Shown here: one piece after another, positions 1 to 9,469 of the stretch | Layout of the letters: each line of letters starts with the position of its first letter | Numbering within the stretch: the first letter of the stretch is position 1 | Source: Acidimicrobiales bacterium | Lineage (GTDB): Bacteria > Actinomycetota > Acidimicrobiia > Acidimicrobiales > Ilumatobacteraceae | Length of the DNA stretch: 35,977 nt | Direction: 5' to 3' | Assembly (NCBI GenBank): GCA_030833305.1 | Contig: JAURHL010000001.1 | Coordinates: 1 to 35,977 of the forward strand | Made by a program: the position numbers and the translations under genes | Notes under the pieces: model-generated | What the model was told of the DNA's origin: nothing | The model's database searches: none | The model's input: only the letters and a program-made list of their open reading frames with translations

Positions 1-4
1 ATCG

Positions 5-763
5 GTGAACCCCGACGTGGCGCGCACACGCATCGAAGCGGTGGCGGCCGCGGTGTTCGCCGAGCCCGGCGAGCGAGCGACCATCAGCGGTGCACGACTG
101 GACGTCGTGGCACTGAAGAGACGCCGATCCGACCTACGTGAGTTGCTGGGCATGATGGCGGCGCCTTGGGTGCTTCACTTCACCGGCTTGGCGTTCCGAT
201 GGAGCGGAAACCCCGAATCCGGCCGGGATCTCTTGCACCGAATCGCCGACCACGACGCGGCCGCGGTGCGGGTGCGCGACGGACTGGTGCCGGCGATCGA
301 GGACGCGTTCCGCGACATGCCGTCCGGACACGACGAGCGCATGTCGCGCATCGACGAGATCGCCTTCGCGGTCGCCGCCAGCACCGAGATTCTGCGTCGC
401 GTCGACGTGGAGGGGGCCCACCGCGCGGCATCCACTCGCTCGGCTCTCCTGTCGATTCCGGGACATCTCCCCCTCGGGCTGTCGTGGCCCGCCAGCCTCG
501 CAATCGGCGCCGCCACGTCCGTCGTAGCCGGTCGAATGGACTCTCGACACGACGTCGAGGAACGATCGACTCGCACCGAACACGACGACCGTGAGCGACT
601 CGCGCGCGTCGCGGCGAACAGTGCCCGGCGAGCCGCCATCGAAGACGGTTTGATGAACGCCGATGCCACTCACGTGCCCGCCGACGTTCGCGTGCAGATT
701 CAACACGCCGCGGACGCCATCTCGAACGCCGCCGACCGCGGCGACGCTTTCGGCGCCCGCTAA
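5..763 (+). CDS. hypothetical protein with no recognisable family. The frame is open to the window edge, so it may be 5'-truncated.
   Basis: 252-aa ORF with strong G/C bias at third codon positions, as in the recognisable genes here. Overlapping ORFs 134..838(-), 175..669(-) and 166..594(+) look like Arg/Pro-rich shadow frames. I can name no conserved motif. Confidence 0.45.
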   Translation: MNPDVARTRIEAVAAAVFAEPGERATISGARLDVVALKRRRSDLRELLGMMAAPWVLHFTGLAFRWSGNPESGRDLLHRIADHDAAAVRVRDGLVPAIEDAFRDMPSGHDERMSRIDEIAFAVAASTEILRRVDVEGAHRAASTRSALLSIPGHLPLGLSWPASLAIGAATSVVAGRMDSRHDVEERSTRTEHDDRERLARVAANSARRAAIEDGLMNADATHVPADVRVQIQHAADAISNAADRGDAFGAR

Positions 764-2403
764 GGCGCGATCGAAACGTCGGCCGTGAAACGTTTGCTGG
801 ACGACGGGTCCGGATTCACGAGGATCTCCACGTTCCACATACCGGCGTACAGGATCGACACCGAGCCCACGAAGTGATTCGGCCCGAGCATCTCCACCGG
901 AACGGAGACCGTCGGAATCTCCGAATCCGGCAAGGTCATGCGCATCTCCACCGTCTCCACCGGCTGCAAAGACCCCGACGGTGTCGAGATGGTCAGATGA
1001 AGCTCATTGAAACCGACGCGGCCGGGAGTGACGGCGAGATCGGCGATCATGTCGCCGTCGACGAGGGTCAGTTCGATGACGGTCGACTCTGAGAGGACTT
1101 CGGGCGACTTGGCGACCATTCCGGCGGTGGTGGCGAACACGAGCACTCCCACGGCCAATTCGACCGCCACGATCCGACGTAGACCCTCGTCATCCGATCG
1201 CCGGACCAACCACCGACCGAACGAACCGAGCGTGACGGCGCCAACGACGAGGCTGCCCTTGATGAGAAGGCCCTTGCCCCAATCGGTTTCCGTGATGTTG
1301 GACAACTCGGGAACCAAGTGCCACATCTGCCAGACGCCGGTGACCACTGCGATCGGGATGGCCCACGCCGAAACGCGTGAGAATCGTGCGACCACCGTGG
1401 CCGCGTGAGGGGAATTCAGCACCGAACCGAACACGACGATCGACAGCCCACCCAACCACAACACGACCGCAGACATGTGCACGACATCGACGCCCACGGC
1501 GATTCCGGCGAGGCGTGATGCGCTCGGATGTCCGGAGGCCGAGAAAGTGGCGATCACCCCGACGCCGGCCAAGCCAACCGACGAACGCCACCACGATGTC
1601 GAAGCACGATGGAAGGATCCACGTAACGCGACCACCAGAGACGCCAGGACCACGAGTAGCGCCACCCTCAGCAGGATCGCGGAGCCAAGTCTGGTGTCGG
1701 CCACGTCGGACCAAAGAGACGTCTTCCATGAGTCGGACCACTTTCCGGCCACGGAGTAGGGACCCTGGAGAACGAAAACCGCGGCCGTCCCCACGAGAGC
1801 GGCCACCCAAGCGAGCTGGATGCATCGCACGGCTCGTCGCGCGGCGATCCCCCCGCCAGCCATCAATGCGAGCCCGCCCAGGAAGACCGCGACCCCCGCG
1901 TAGGCCAACCAACGAGCGATCCCCATGGCCCACGACAAACCACTCGGACCCGCGGATCCATCGAGCACTCCGTTGAGTAGATCGGTGGGGTTCACGTCGG
2001 AGCCGGAAGTTCCGACTTGGAAGGTATAGGCACCTTCCACCACGTGTCCGTCACCGGACAACGCCCGATACACCACGGCATACACACCATCGGGGAGGTC
2101 CGGCACACCCTCGGCGGACATCACGCTGTCGTCGTCATCGGAGACGAGAGCCTCACCGAGGATGAGTCGGTTGCCCGCCTGGTCGTAGATCTCGATCGAT
2201 CGTGGAATCGACACGATGGGCTCGTTGAAATCGAGAACGATTTCCGACGGGCCACTCTCGAGCACGGCCGACGGCGAGGGCGAGGAGGACTCCAGTTGCG
2301 CGTGCGCCGAAACCGCCGTCGGCGTGGACACCACTATGCCGACGACCAACAGCGATGCGACGAGCATCCGCCGACCCCGGGCCATGAGATGGAGTGCACT
2401 CAT
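760..2403 (-). CDS. CopC-CopD fusion copper-handling membrane protein (YcnJ-like) with an extra C-terminal extracytoplasmic domain
   Basis: Signal peptide ending AVSA, then mature HAQLESSSPSP...VLDFNEPI and SGDGHVVEG, the CopC Cu-site pattern. Multiple hydrophobic helices follow (CopD-like). Start placed at ATG 2403 (MSALHLMARGRR, GGTGGGA upstream). The longest-ORF start at 2442 would overlap the upstream gene by 32 nt. Confidence 0.85.
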   Translation of the reverse strand: MSALHLMARGRRMLVASLLVVGIVVSTPTAVSAHAQLESSSPSPSAVLESGPSEIVLDFNEPIVSIPRSIEIYDQAGNRLILGEALVSDDDDSVMSAEGVPDLPDGVYAVVYRALSGDGHVVEGAYTFQVGTSGSDVNPTDLLNGVLDGSAGPSGLSWAMGIARWLAYAGVAVFLGGLALMAGGGIAARRAVRCIQLAWVAALVGTAAVFVLQGPYSVAGKWSDSWKTSLWSDVADTRLGSAILLRVALLVVLASLVVALRGSFHRASTSWWRSSVGLAGVGVIATFSASGHPSASRLAGIAVGVDVVHMSAVVLWLGGLSIVVFGSVLNSPHAATVVARFSRVSAWAIPIAVVTGVWQMWHLVPELSNITETDWGKGLLIKGSLVVGAVTLGSFGRWLVRRSDDEGLRRIVAVELAVGVLVFATTAGMVAKSPEVLSESTVIELTLVDGDMIADLAVTPGRVGFNELHLTISTPSGSLQPVETVEMRMTLPDSEIPTVSVPVEMLGPNHFVGSVSILYAGMWNVEILVNPDPSSSKRFTADVSIAP

Positions 2404-2410
2404 CGGACAA

Positions 2411-3091
2411 TCATCCCACCATTCCCGCCGACGGCACGCCATCCACCTCGACTCGACCGAGCAACCAGCCGAGCCGACGGGCCGGTTCCAGTCGCAGGAC
2501 CTGCACGGGCAAGTCGGTCAGCCCCATCGAACCACGGGCCTTCCATTGCATACTCATGATTGCGAGATCGTGTCTGACGTAATCGACGGACCAGGAATCA
2601 GTGCCGTCCAATCCGAATTCAGCCAATCCGAGATCTCCGGCGTGAACCTCGATCTCCCGCCACCGACGCAACGGGAGGTCCGAGATGGGTACCTCGGATC
2701 CGGTCACCAAACGACCGCGACCGAACCAGGCTTCCCGAGCCGCAGCCCAGGTGCCTTCCAACTCGTAGATCGAACGACGCAAATCGCTCAGAATGTCACG
2801 GGCGGGTCGCCCGGCCCCAACCTCGATGTCGGCGTTTCGTCGCGCGACTCCCCCGGGGTACTGATCGATCACGTCTCCCCGTTCGGCGGCACGTGTCATC
2901 GCGGTCATGCTGTCAGCGTTACGCGCGAGGTGCGCGAGCACGTGGCCCACCGTCCAATCGGGCAATCGAGATGGACGACGCACCATCTCGTCGGTCAGAC
3001 CACCGCCCTCGATCGGATCGAGCGCCGACAAGAGTCGCTGATGTGCCGCCGCGAGACCCTCGACCTGTCGGTTCAAAGCCGTGGCATCCAT
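2411..3091 (-). CDS. maleylpyruvate isomerase family mycothiol-dependent enzyme (DinB-fold, TIGR03083-like)
   Basis: N-terminal LPDWTVGHVLAHLARNADS DinB-type His motif. Length (226 aa) and overall pattern match actinobacterial mycothiol-dependent maleylpyruvate-isomerase N-terminal domain proteins. Confidence 0.75.
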   Translation of the reverse strand: MDATALNRQVEGLAAAHQRLLSALDPIEGGGLTDEMVRRPSRLPDWTVGHVLAHLARNADSMTAMTRAAERGDVIDQYPGGVARRNADIEVGAGRPARDILSDLRRSIYELEGTWAAAREAWFGRGRLVTGSEVPISDLPLRRWREIEVHAGDLGLAEFGLDGTDSWSVDYVRHDLAIMSMQWKARGSMGLTDLPVQVLRLEPARRLGWLLGRVEVDGVPSAGMVG

Positions 3092-3116
3092 GCCCCGACG
3101 GTAGTCGCCCCGGACG

Positions 3117-3902
3117 TCAGGCCAGGGGTGCCGTGCGGCGAGGGATCACGACGACGGTGCCGTCGGGTTCGTGGTGCACCGAAACCGCGACCCCGTAGAA
3201 CTCCGACAACGTCTCGGCCCGCAACACCTCGTCAGCGGCGCCGGACGCCACACAATGACCGTGGTGCAACAACGCGAGTCGGTCGCTGTACAAGCCGGCG
3301 AGGGTGAGGTCGTGCATGGCCGAGACGACGGTGAATCCGTGCTCGCGACGCAGTGTGTCGACCAACTCGAGTGCCTGTTGCTGATGACCGATGTCGAGGG
3401 CACTGGTGGGCTCGTCGAGCAACATGATCGGCGCCTCCTGGGCCAAGGCTCGGGCAATCACGATTCGCTGACGTTCACCACCCGACAGCGATCCCAAACG
3501 GCGGTCGGCGAAGTCTTCCAAGCACAACCGGTCGAGAACCTGATGCACCATCGTTCGGTCGTGCTTGGTCTCTTGGCCGAAGTATCCGACGAACGGATTT
3601 CGACCGAGAAGTACGTACTCGAACGTCGTCATGTCGTCGGGCAACGCCGGGCTCTGGGGAACGTGCGCGATCAGGGCGGCTCGACGACGGGTCGAACGGA
3701 GGTTCAAGGGAGTTCCGTCCACGAGGATGCGACCCTCGTGCTTCACGAGACCGGCGGCCGCGCGCAACAGCGACGACTTGCCGGCTCCGTTGGGCCCGAT
3801 GAGGCACAGCCATTCGCCCGGTCGGACCGTGTCGGAAAACGACGAGACGGCAACGGCTTCGCCGTAACTCACCGAAACGTTCTCGAAGTTCAGAGATGTC
3901 AT
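3117..3902 (-). CDS. ABC transporter ATP-binding protein, FecE/BtuD type (corrinoid or iron-chelate import)
   Basis: Walker A GPNGAGKSSLL, signature LSGGERQR, Walker B IMLLDEPTSALD. ATGA start/stop overlap with the permease gene at 3899-3902. Confidence 0.9.
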   Translation of the reverse strand: MTSLNFENVSVSYGEAVAVSSFSDTVRPGEWLCLIGPNGAGKSSLLRAAAGLVKHEGRILVDGTPLNLRSTRRRAALIAHVPQSPALPDDMTTFEYVLLGRNPFVGYFGQETKHDRTMVHQVLDRLCLEDFADRRLGSLSGGERQRIVIARALAQEAPIMLLDEPTSALDIGHQQQALELVDTLRREHGFTVVSAMHDLTLAGLYSDRLALLHHGHCVASGAADEVLRAETLSEFYGVAVSVHHEPDGTVVVIPRRTAPLA

Positions 3903-4951
3903 CGGGCCTCACTTTGCCGTGAACGAAGTACGAGGATGAAAAAGGGCGCGCCCAGGAATGCGGTGACAACGCCGATCGGCGTCTCGGCTGGGTCGGAGAG
4001 CACCCGACCCGGTACGTCGGCAACGATCAAAAATGCGGCGCCAGCGAGAATCGACAAAGGCAGCAGACGACGGTAGCTGGCACCGGTGAGCAGTCGCACC
4101 AGGTGCGGAACGACGATTCCGACGAATCCAATGAGACCACTGACGCTGACGACCGCCGAGGTTCCGAGAGTTGCAGCGATCACCACCGTGAGGCGGATGC
4201 GATCGACGCGCGCACCCAGAGACTGAGCCTCGTCTTCGCCGACCCGTAGAACATCGAGCAGACGACGATGCGCCCGCAACACGGCGCCGCTCACCACGAC
4301 ATAAGGAAGCACGAGACGCACGTCGCCCCATGTCGCCGACGAGAGACGACCGAGGATCCAGCTGTACACCTGCCTCACCACGTCGGTGTTCTTTTGCAAC
4401 ATGAACGTCTGCACCGCGGTGGTGAGAGAGGTGACCGCCACACCGGCCAGCACCAACGTGGTGGGATTTCGCGACGCACCGAAACCGGCCCCGACCGTGT
4501 AGGTGAGTAGCACTGCCAACAGGCCACCGATGAAAGCCGCCAACGGCAACGGGTCCACGGGCCACGATTGACTTGTGGATCGTCCCACGACGAATATCAG
4601 CGTCGCACCGAGTCCGGCACCGGCGGCCACGCCGAGCAGGTACGGATCGACGAGCGGATTGCGAAAGACCCCTTGGAACGACGCACCGGCGAGCGAGAGC
4701 ATCGCACCGACGATGCCGGCCAGCACCACGCGAGGCATGCGAATCTGCCACAGCACGGTGCTCTGAAGCTCCGTCGCCCCTGAGTCGATGCGAACGAACG
4801 GAAGGTGATCGAGCAGTTCGGCCGGCACCCGCCACCAGGCGGGGCCGGCCGGACCGATCATGGCCCCGAACAGGAACGCGACCGCCAGGGCGACACATGC
4901 CGCCGGCACCCACCACGACTTGGTGGTCTCGCGCTCCCGCTGATGAATCAC
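3899..4951 (-). CDS. FecCD/BtuC-family ABC transporter permease
   Basis: Multi-helix protein with FecCD-type segments (GASFQGVFRNPLVDPYLLGV, AFLGAPFFILVL). Start placed at GTG 4951, which overlaps the binding-protein stop as GTGA. The longest ORF start at 5017 is the alternative. Confidence 0.88.
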   Translation of the reverse strand: MIHQRERETTKSWWVPAACVALAVAFLFGAMIGPAGPAWWRVPAELLDHLPFVRIDSGATELQSTVLWQIRMPRVVLAGIVGAMLSLAGASFQGVFRNPLVDPYLLGVAAGAGLGATLIFVVGRSTSQSWPVDPLPLAAFIGGLLAVLLTYTVGAGFGASRNPTTLVLAGVAVTSLTTAVQTFMLQKNTDVVRQVYSWILGRLSSATWGDVRLVLPYVVVSGAVLRAHRRLLDVLRVGEDEAQSLGARVDRIRLTVVIAATLGTSAVVSVSGLIGFVGIVVPHLVRLLTGASYRRLLPLSILAGAAFLIVADVPGRVLSDPAETPIGVVTAFLGAPFFILVLRSRQSEAR

Positions 4952-5871
4952 TCGGAGCCAGCGACCTTCAACGCATCGGCGATCGCCGCGACGAAGTCCA
5001 CCAATCGGGGTCCCCAACGCGACGCGATGTCATCGTCCAATCCGAACACGTGACCGTTGATGACCGCACTGAGCACGTCCCAGCCCGGACGAGCGGCCAC
5101 CGTCTCCGCGCTGGCACCGCAGCACTTCGTGTCCGCGAGGAAGATGAGCGTGGGGTCCTGGCTGACGATGAACTCGGCCGACAATTGCGGATAATCCGTG
5201 TCACCCTCGGTCGCGTCGGCGATGTTGCGCAAGCCGAACATGTCGAAGATGGAGCCGACGAAGGTGTTGCTGGTGACCGAGTACAGCGTGTCGTCCAACT
5301 CGAGGAAGTACGAGGTGCCCTCGGGAAGCTGTGCCGCCCCAGCAATGATCTCCTCGATGTCGGCCTTCATCGAATCGGCGAGTTCGGATGCCGCTTCGGA
5401 CCGTCCGACGGCGGTCCCGAGATCGACGATCTGCGCGTACGCCTCGTCCAGCGAGACAGGAGCCGAGCTGACCCACGACTCCACGCCGATGGCCGCCAAT
5501 TGGTCGGCGAGTCCGGTGAAGTCGTCACCGATGACGACGAGGTCCGGGTCGAACTCGGCGATGGCCTCCACGTTCGGCTCGTAGGACGACAGATCGGTGA
5601 TGGCCGCGTCCGCCGGGAAGTTCGACATCGAATCCACCGCGACCACTTGATCACCGGCACCGATGGCGTACAGGATCTCGGTGTGCGTCGGGGACAACGA
5701 CACGATGCGCTGTGCCTCCTGCTCGATCGCCGACGTGTCTACGCTGACCGAATCCGACGAGTCGTCGTCACCCCCGCACGCGGCCAGCAGGACCGCTCCG
5801 GTCAGGACGAGTCCGATCACGGATCGACGGCGAGTACGTCCGAAAGGACGCATTGACAGTGCTTGCTTCAT
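4948..5871 (-). CDS. ABC transporter periplasmic binding lipoprotein, BtuF/FhuD class (probable corrinoid binding)
   Basis: Lipobox [34 protein letters not shown] is typical of class III binding proteins. ATG 5871 is preceded by GGAGGA at 7-nt spacing. A cobalamin riboswitch lies directly upstream. Confidence 0.85.
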   Translation of the reverse strand: MKQALSMRPFGRTRRRSVIGLVLTGAVLLAACGGDDDSSDSVSVDTSAIEQEAQRIVSLSPTHTEILYAIGAGDQVVAVDSMSNFPADAAITDLSSYEPNVEAIAEFDPDLVVIGDDFTGLADQLAAIGVESWVSSAPVSLDEAYAQIVDLGTAVGRSEAASELADSMKADIEEIIAGAAQLPEGTSYFLELDDTLYSVTSNTFVGSIFDMFGLRNIADATEGDTDYPQLSAEFIVSQDPTLIFLADTKCCGASAETVAARPGWDVLSAVINGHVFGLDDDIASRWGPRLVDFVAAIADALKVAGSE

Positions 5872-5875
5872 TGAA

Positions 5876-5900
5876 GCTTCCTCCATTGCTTTGAGGAAGC
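5876..5900 (-). promoter_or_regulatory. SD-sequestering hairpin (expression platform of the riboswitch)
   Basis: On the minus-strand RNA, GCUUCCUC (5900-5893) can pair with GAGGAAGC (5883-5876). The latter contains the GGAGGA Shine-Dalgarno of the 5871 start. The loop is 9 nt. Confidence 0.5.
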
Positions 5901-5944
5901 AAGAGGAGTGTGAGGAACGGGATCTCCGCACCTGCACGATCCGC

Positions 5945-6100
5945 CCTTGCCTCGAGGGTTGGTTTCGCGCGCGAATCAGGCGACCGGACTCGCTGGCACG
6001 ACATTTCTGTCGACTCAGACCACCGTTGCGGGACAGTGCCGGGATCTCACCGGACTTCGCTGGATTTCACGCACCGACTATCGCCGGCTCGAGCACCGTA
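5945..6100 (-). promoter_or_regulatory. cobalamin (B12) riboswitch aptamer
   Basis: Minus-strand RNA contains GGUGCGUGAAAUCCAGCGAAGUCCGGUGAGAUCCCGGCACUGUCCCGCAACGGUGG followed by GCCAGCGAGUCCGGUCGCC. This matches the conserved cobalamin aptamer core and a B12-box-like element. Two CUCGAG segments (6088-6093, 5951-5956) can close the structure. It lies 5' of a BtuF-like gene. Confidence 0.8.
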
Positions 6101-6151
6101 GCACAGGGTGCCGTGTTTTGCGTCACATCGAAGAGAGTTCGTCGCTTCGGC

Positions 6152-7378
6152 TCAGGAATTCGCCGCGACGAGGGCCGCGATGCGGTTGATGCCCTCCTCG
6201 AGGTCGGTGTCGCCCAATGCGAACGAGAATCGCGCGTAGCCGGCCGAGCCGAAGGCCTCACCGGGGACGAAAGCCACCTTGGCTTCGGACAGCACGATGT
6301 CGGCCAACTCCATCGACGTGTTCGCCGGTCGACCGTTGTACGAGCGCCCGAGCAAACCGGTGACGTTGGGATAGCAATAGAACGCTCCCTGCGGTTCGAG
6401 ACACGTGACACCGGGGATGGCGCTCAGCATTCTGTGCATCGTGCGACCACGACGCTCGAAGGCCTCGCGCATCATGGCGACGGCACTGAGATCGCCGGCC
6501 ACCGCGGCGAGAGCGGCGGCCTGCGCGACGTTGCCGACGTTCGACGTGGCGTGGCTCTGGAAGTTGATGGAGGCCTTCATCACATCGGTGGGTCCGATCA
6601 TCCAACCCACGCGCCAACCGGTCATGGCGTAGGTCTTGGCGACACCGTTCACGATGATGCACTGATCGGCGACGTCGGGAACCAAAGTGGGCATGCTCGC
6701 GAACGTGTGCGGACCGTAGGTGAGGTGCTCGTAGATCTCGTCGGTCACCACCCAAACGCCTCGCGAGACCGCCCACTCTCCGATGGCCTTCACTTCCTCG
6801 GGTGGGTACACCGAGCCCGATGGATTATCGGGCGAGACGAACAACAGCACCTTCGTGCGCGGCGTGAGGGCCTTCTCGAGTTGTTCGATGGTGACGCGGA
6901 ATCCGGTCTCCTCGTTGGTGTCGACGATGACAGGCACTCCCCCGGCCAGCACGATGGCCTCCGGGTAGGTGGTCCAGTACGGAGCCGGCACGATGACCTC
7001 GTCGCCCGGATCACACAAAGCGGCGAACGCGGTGAACACGGCGTGCTTTCCGCCGTTGGTGACGAGCACCTGATTGGCGGTGGTCTGGAAACCACTGTCG
7101 CGCAACGTCTTGGCGGCGATCGCCTCGCGCAACTCGGGCAGACCGGCCGCGGGTGTGTAGCGATGCATCTTGGGATCGCGACACGCCTTCACCGCCGCCT
7201 CGACGATGTGCTCGGGGGTGGGGAAATCCGGTTCCCCGGCACCGAATCCGATGACGTTCTCACCGGCGGCCTTGAGGGCCTTGGCCTTGGCGTCGACGGC
7301 CAGGGTGGCCGATTCCGCGATGGCGGCCAGACGAGAAGATGTGCGATTCCGTTGGGGAGACGAACTCATGGGTGCCAT
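6152..7378 (-). CDS. aspC: pyridoxal-phosphate-dependent aspartate aminotransferase (class I)
   Basis: [22 protein letters not shown] and [13 protein letters not shown] (PLP lysine) motifs. The true start is taken at MAPMSSS (ATG 7378). The 105-aa upstream extension of the 513-aa ORF overlaps serC and is not homologous. Confidence 0.9.
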   Translation of the reverse strand: MAPMSSSPQRNRTSSRLAAIAESATLAVDAKAKALKAAGENVIGFGAGEPDFPTPEHIVEAAVKACRDPKMHRYTPAAGLPELREAIAAKTLRDSGFQTTANQVLVTNGGKHAVFTAFAALCDPGDEVIVPAPYWTTYPEAIVLAGGVPVIVDTNEETGFRVTIEQLEKALTPRTKVLLFVSPDNPSGSVYPPEEVKAIGEWAVSRGVWVVTDEIYEHLTYGPHTFASMPTLVPDVADQCIIVNGVAKTYAMTGWRVGWMIGPTDVMKASINFQSHATSNVGNVAQAAALAAVAGDLSAVAMMREAFERRGRTMHRMLSAIPGVTCLEPQGAFYCYPNVTGLLGRSYNGRPANTSMELADIVLSEAKVAFVPGEAFGSAGYARFSFALGDTDLEEGINRIAALVAANS

Positions 7379-7387
7379 GCTTACACA

Positions 7388-8539
7388 GTGAGCACGACAG
7401 ACCCCCGATCGATTCGTATTTCTCCCGACCTTTTGCCCGCCGACGGACGGTTCGGGTGCGGTCCGTCGAAGGTGCGACCCGAGCAAATGAAGGCGCTCTC
7501 CGACGCCGGAGCGACGTTGATGGGGACGTCCCATCGGCAGGCTCCGGTGAAGAACCTCGTCGGTTCGTTGCGCTCCGGCCTGAACGCTCTGTTCTCGCTT
7601 CCCGACGGCTGGGAGGTCGTGCTCGGCAACGGAGGCTCGACGGTCTTCTGGGACGTGGCCACGTTCGGATTGATCGAGAGCCGAAGCCAACACTTGGTCT
7701 TCGGCGAGTTCTCATCCAAGTTCGCCGAGGCGGCGGTGGCGGCTCCTCATCTCGGTCAGCCGACCGTGATCAAGTGTGATCCCGGCGCGCATCCGTCGGC
7801 GGTCGCCGAGGCCGGGATCGACAGCTACGCGTTCACCCACAACGAGACGTCGACTGGCGTGATGATGCCACTGGTTCGCCCCGCCGGCGCCGACGCTGAT
7901 GCGCTGGTGATCGTGGACGCCACCTCGGCGTCGGGCGGACTGTTGTGGAATCCCGCGGAAGTCGACGTGTACTACTTCGCGCCCCAAAAGTGCTTCGCCT
8001 CCGACGGTGGTCTGTGGGTGGCGGCCTGCTCGCCACGAGCCATCGAGCGAATCAATCGAATCGCCGCGTCGAAGCGATGGACGCCGGCGTCGCTCGACCT
8101 GAAGATCGCACTCGACAACAGCGTGGCGAACCAGACCTACAACACGCCCGCGCTGGCGACTCTGGTGATGTTCGAAGCCCAGGTTCGATGGATGAACGAG
8201 ATCGGTGGTCTCGTCGCTTGCAACGGTCGCTCGAAGAAGTCCTCCGAAATCCTGTATTCGTGGGCCGAGTCGCGTCCATGGGCGAATCCATTCGTGGCCG
8301 AACCCGCGATGCGCTCGCACGTGGTGGGCACGATCGACCTGACCGCTCCCGCCGACGGTGGCGTGGACGCCAACGACGTGTGCGCGGCGTTGCGGGCGAA
8401 CGGCGTGGTCGACACCGACAGTTATCGCAAACTGGGCCGCAACCAACTCCGTGTCGGCATGTTCCCGGCCGTCGATCCCGACGATGTCGCGGCCCTCACG
8501 GCGTGCATCGATCACGTGGTCGGACAACTCGCGTCCTGA
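7388..8539 (+). CDS. serC: phosphoserine aminotransferase, actinobacterial (mycobacterial) type
   Basis: [52 protein letters not shown] and [16 protein letters not shown] closely follow mycobacterial SerC. GTG 7388 gives the expected N-terminal length. The rest of the 958-aa ORF is an antisense read-through. Confidence 0.9.
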   Translation: MSTTDPRSIRISPDLLPADGRFGCGPSKVRPEQMKALSDAGATLMGTSHRQAPVKNLVGSLRSGLNALFSLPDGWEVVLGNGGSTVFWDVATFGLIESRSQHLVFGEFSSKFAEAAVAAPHLGQPTVIKCDPGAHPSAVAEAGIDSYAFTHNETSTGVMMPLVRPAGADADALVIVDATSASGGLLWNPAEVDVYYFAPQKCFASDGGLWVAACSPRAIERINRIAASKRWTPASLDLKIALDNSVANQTYNTPALATLVMFEAQVRWMNEIGGLVACNGRSKKSSEILYSWAESRPWANPFVAEPAMRSHVVGTIDLTAPADGGVDANDVCAALRANGVVDTDSYRKLGRNQLRVGMFPAVDPDDVAALTACIDHVVGQLAS

Positions 8540-9399
8540 TGGAAGTCGCCGACGTCCTCACGTGGCACGGAGTTTCCGCGCCCCTTCGTCGACCGGTGAT
8601 GGTGCTGGCCCTCACGGGCTGGTTCGACGCGGCCGGCGCAGCGACCATGGCGTTGCGCCACCTCACTGACGCGAACGAAGTTGAGTTGGTCGCCACGATC
8701 GACGCCGACCCCTTCTACGACTTCACCCAGGTGAGACCAGAGGCGCGTTTCGACGAGGACGACGAACGCGAAATCGTGTGGCCGAACAACGACGTGGTGG
8801 CGATTCGCTATCCGAACGCAGCACGCGACGTGGTGATCCTGAACGGTGTCGAGCCGCACACGGCGTGGAAAACCTACGTACGAAGCGTGATCGCGTGCTA
8901 CCTACGACTTGGCTGCGAGGCGATGGTGACCGTCGGCGCCGCGCCCGATGCGGTTCCCCACACACGAGCGCCCATCGTGGTGGGCAGTTCCGTGGATCCC
9001 GATCTGGCACGAAGTCTCGGGCTGTCGAAGCCGTCGTATCAGGGCATGACGGGCGTGGTCGGCGTGTTGCAGACCGAATGCGAGAAGGAGAAGTTGCCGG
9101 CGGTGTCGTTGCGAGTCGGGGTGCCGTACTACCTCGACTACTCCCAGCACCCGCAATCGTCGGCGGCTCTACTGCAACACCTGGGTCATGTGCTGGGCGT
9201 GCCCACGGGATCAGCCGAATTGGCCGAGGACGTGGAGAGGTGGCGCGGACTTCACGACGAGGCGATGCGCAGTGATCCGGAGTTGGCCCGCCAAGTGAGC
9301 GGGCTGGAGCGTCAGTACGACCAGATGACCGAGGCGGCGATCCCGTCGGCGGACGACCTGGCGGACCAGTTCCAAAAGTTCCTCGACGACCAACCCTGA
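8539..9399 (+). CDS. PAC2 (proteasome assembly chaperone 2-like) family protein
   Basis: 286-aa protein with VMVLALTGWFDAAGAAT, ILNGVEPHTAWK and LRVGVPYYL segments, resembling actinobacterial PAC2-family proteins. ATG 8539 overlaps the serC stop (TGATG). Confidence 0.7.
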   Translation: MEVADVLTWHGVSAPLRRPVMVLALTGWFDAAGAATMALRHLTDANEVELVATIDADPFYDFTQVRPEARFDEDDEREIVWPNNDVVAIRYPNAARDVVILNGVEPHTAWKTYVRSVIACYLRLGCEAMVTVGAAPDAVPHTRAPIVVGSSVDPDLARSLGLSKPSYQGMTGVVGVLQTECEKEKLPAVSLRVGVPYYLDYSQHPQSSAALLQHLGHVLGVPTGSAELAEDVERWRGLHDEAMRSDPELARQVSGLERQYDQMTEAAIPSADDLADQFQKFLDDQP

Positions 9400-9410
9400 A
9401 CAAACCAAAA

Positions 9411-9469
9411 TGCGACAATTTGTCGCTTTGTGTACATGGCTCGTGTACACAAAGCGACAAATTGTCGCA
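9411..9469. terminator. perfect 26-bp inverted repeat (7-nt loop) between convergent genes. Probable bidirectional or metY intrinsic terminator.
   Basis: Arms 9411-9436 (TGCGACAATTTGTCGCTTTGTGTACA) and 9444-9469 are exact reverse complements. On the minus-strand RNA the hairpin is followed by UUUUGGUUUG. It is AT-rich relative to its flanks. Confidence 0.7.

Noticed and set aside
5663-7387. N-terminal 575 codons of the 958-aa plus-strand ORF
   Set aside because: Only the part from GTG 7388 onward is homologous to SerC. The upstream part is antisense to the binding-protein gene, the riboswitch and the aspartate aminotransferase.
7379-7693. 105-codon N-terminal extension of the aspartate aminotransferase ORF
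   Set aside because: It has no homology to aminotransferases and overlaps the conserved start of serC. The Met at 7378 gives a normal-length AspAT.
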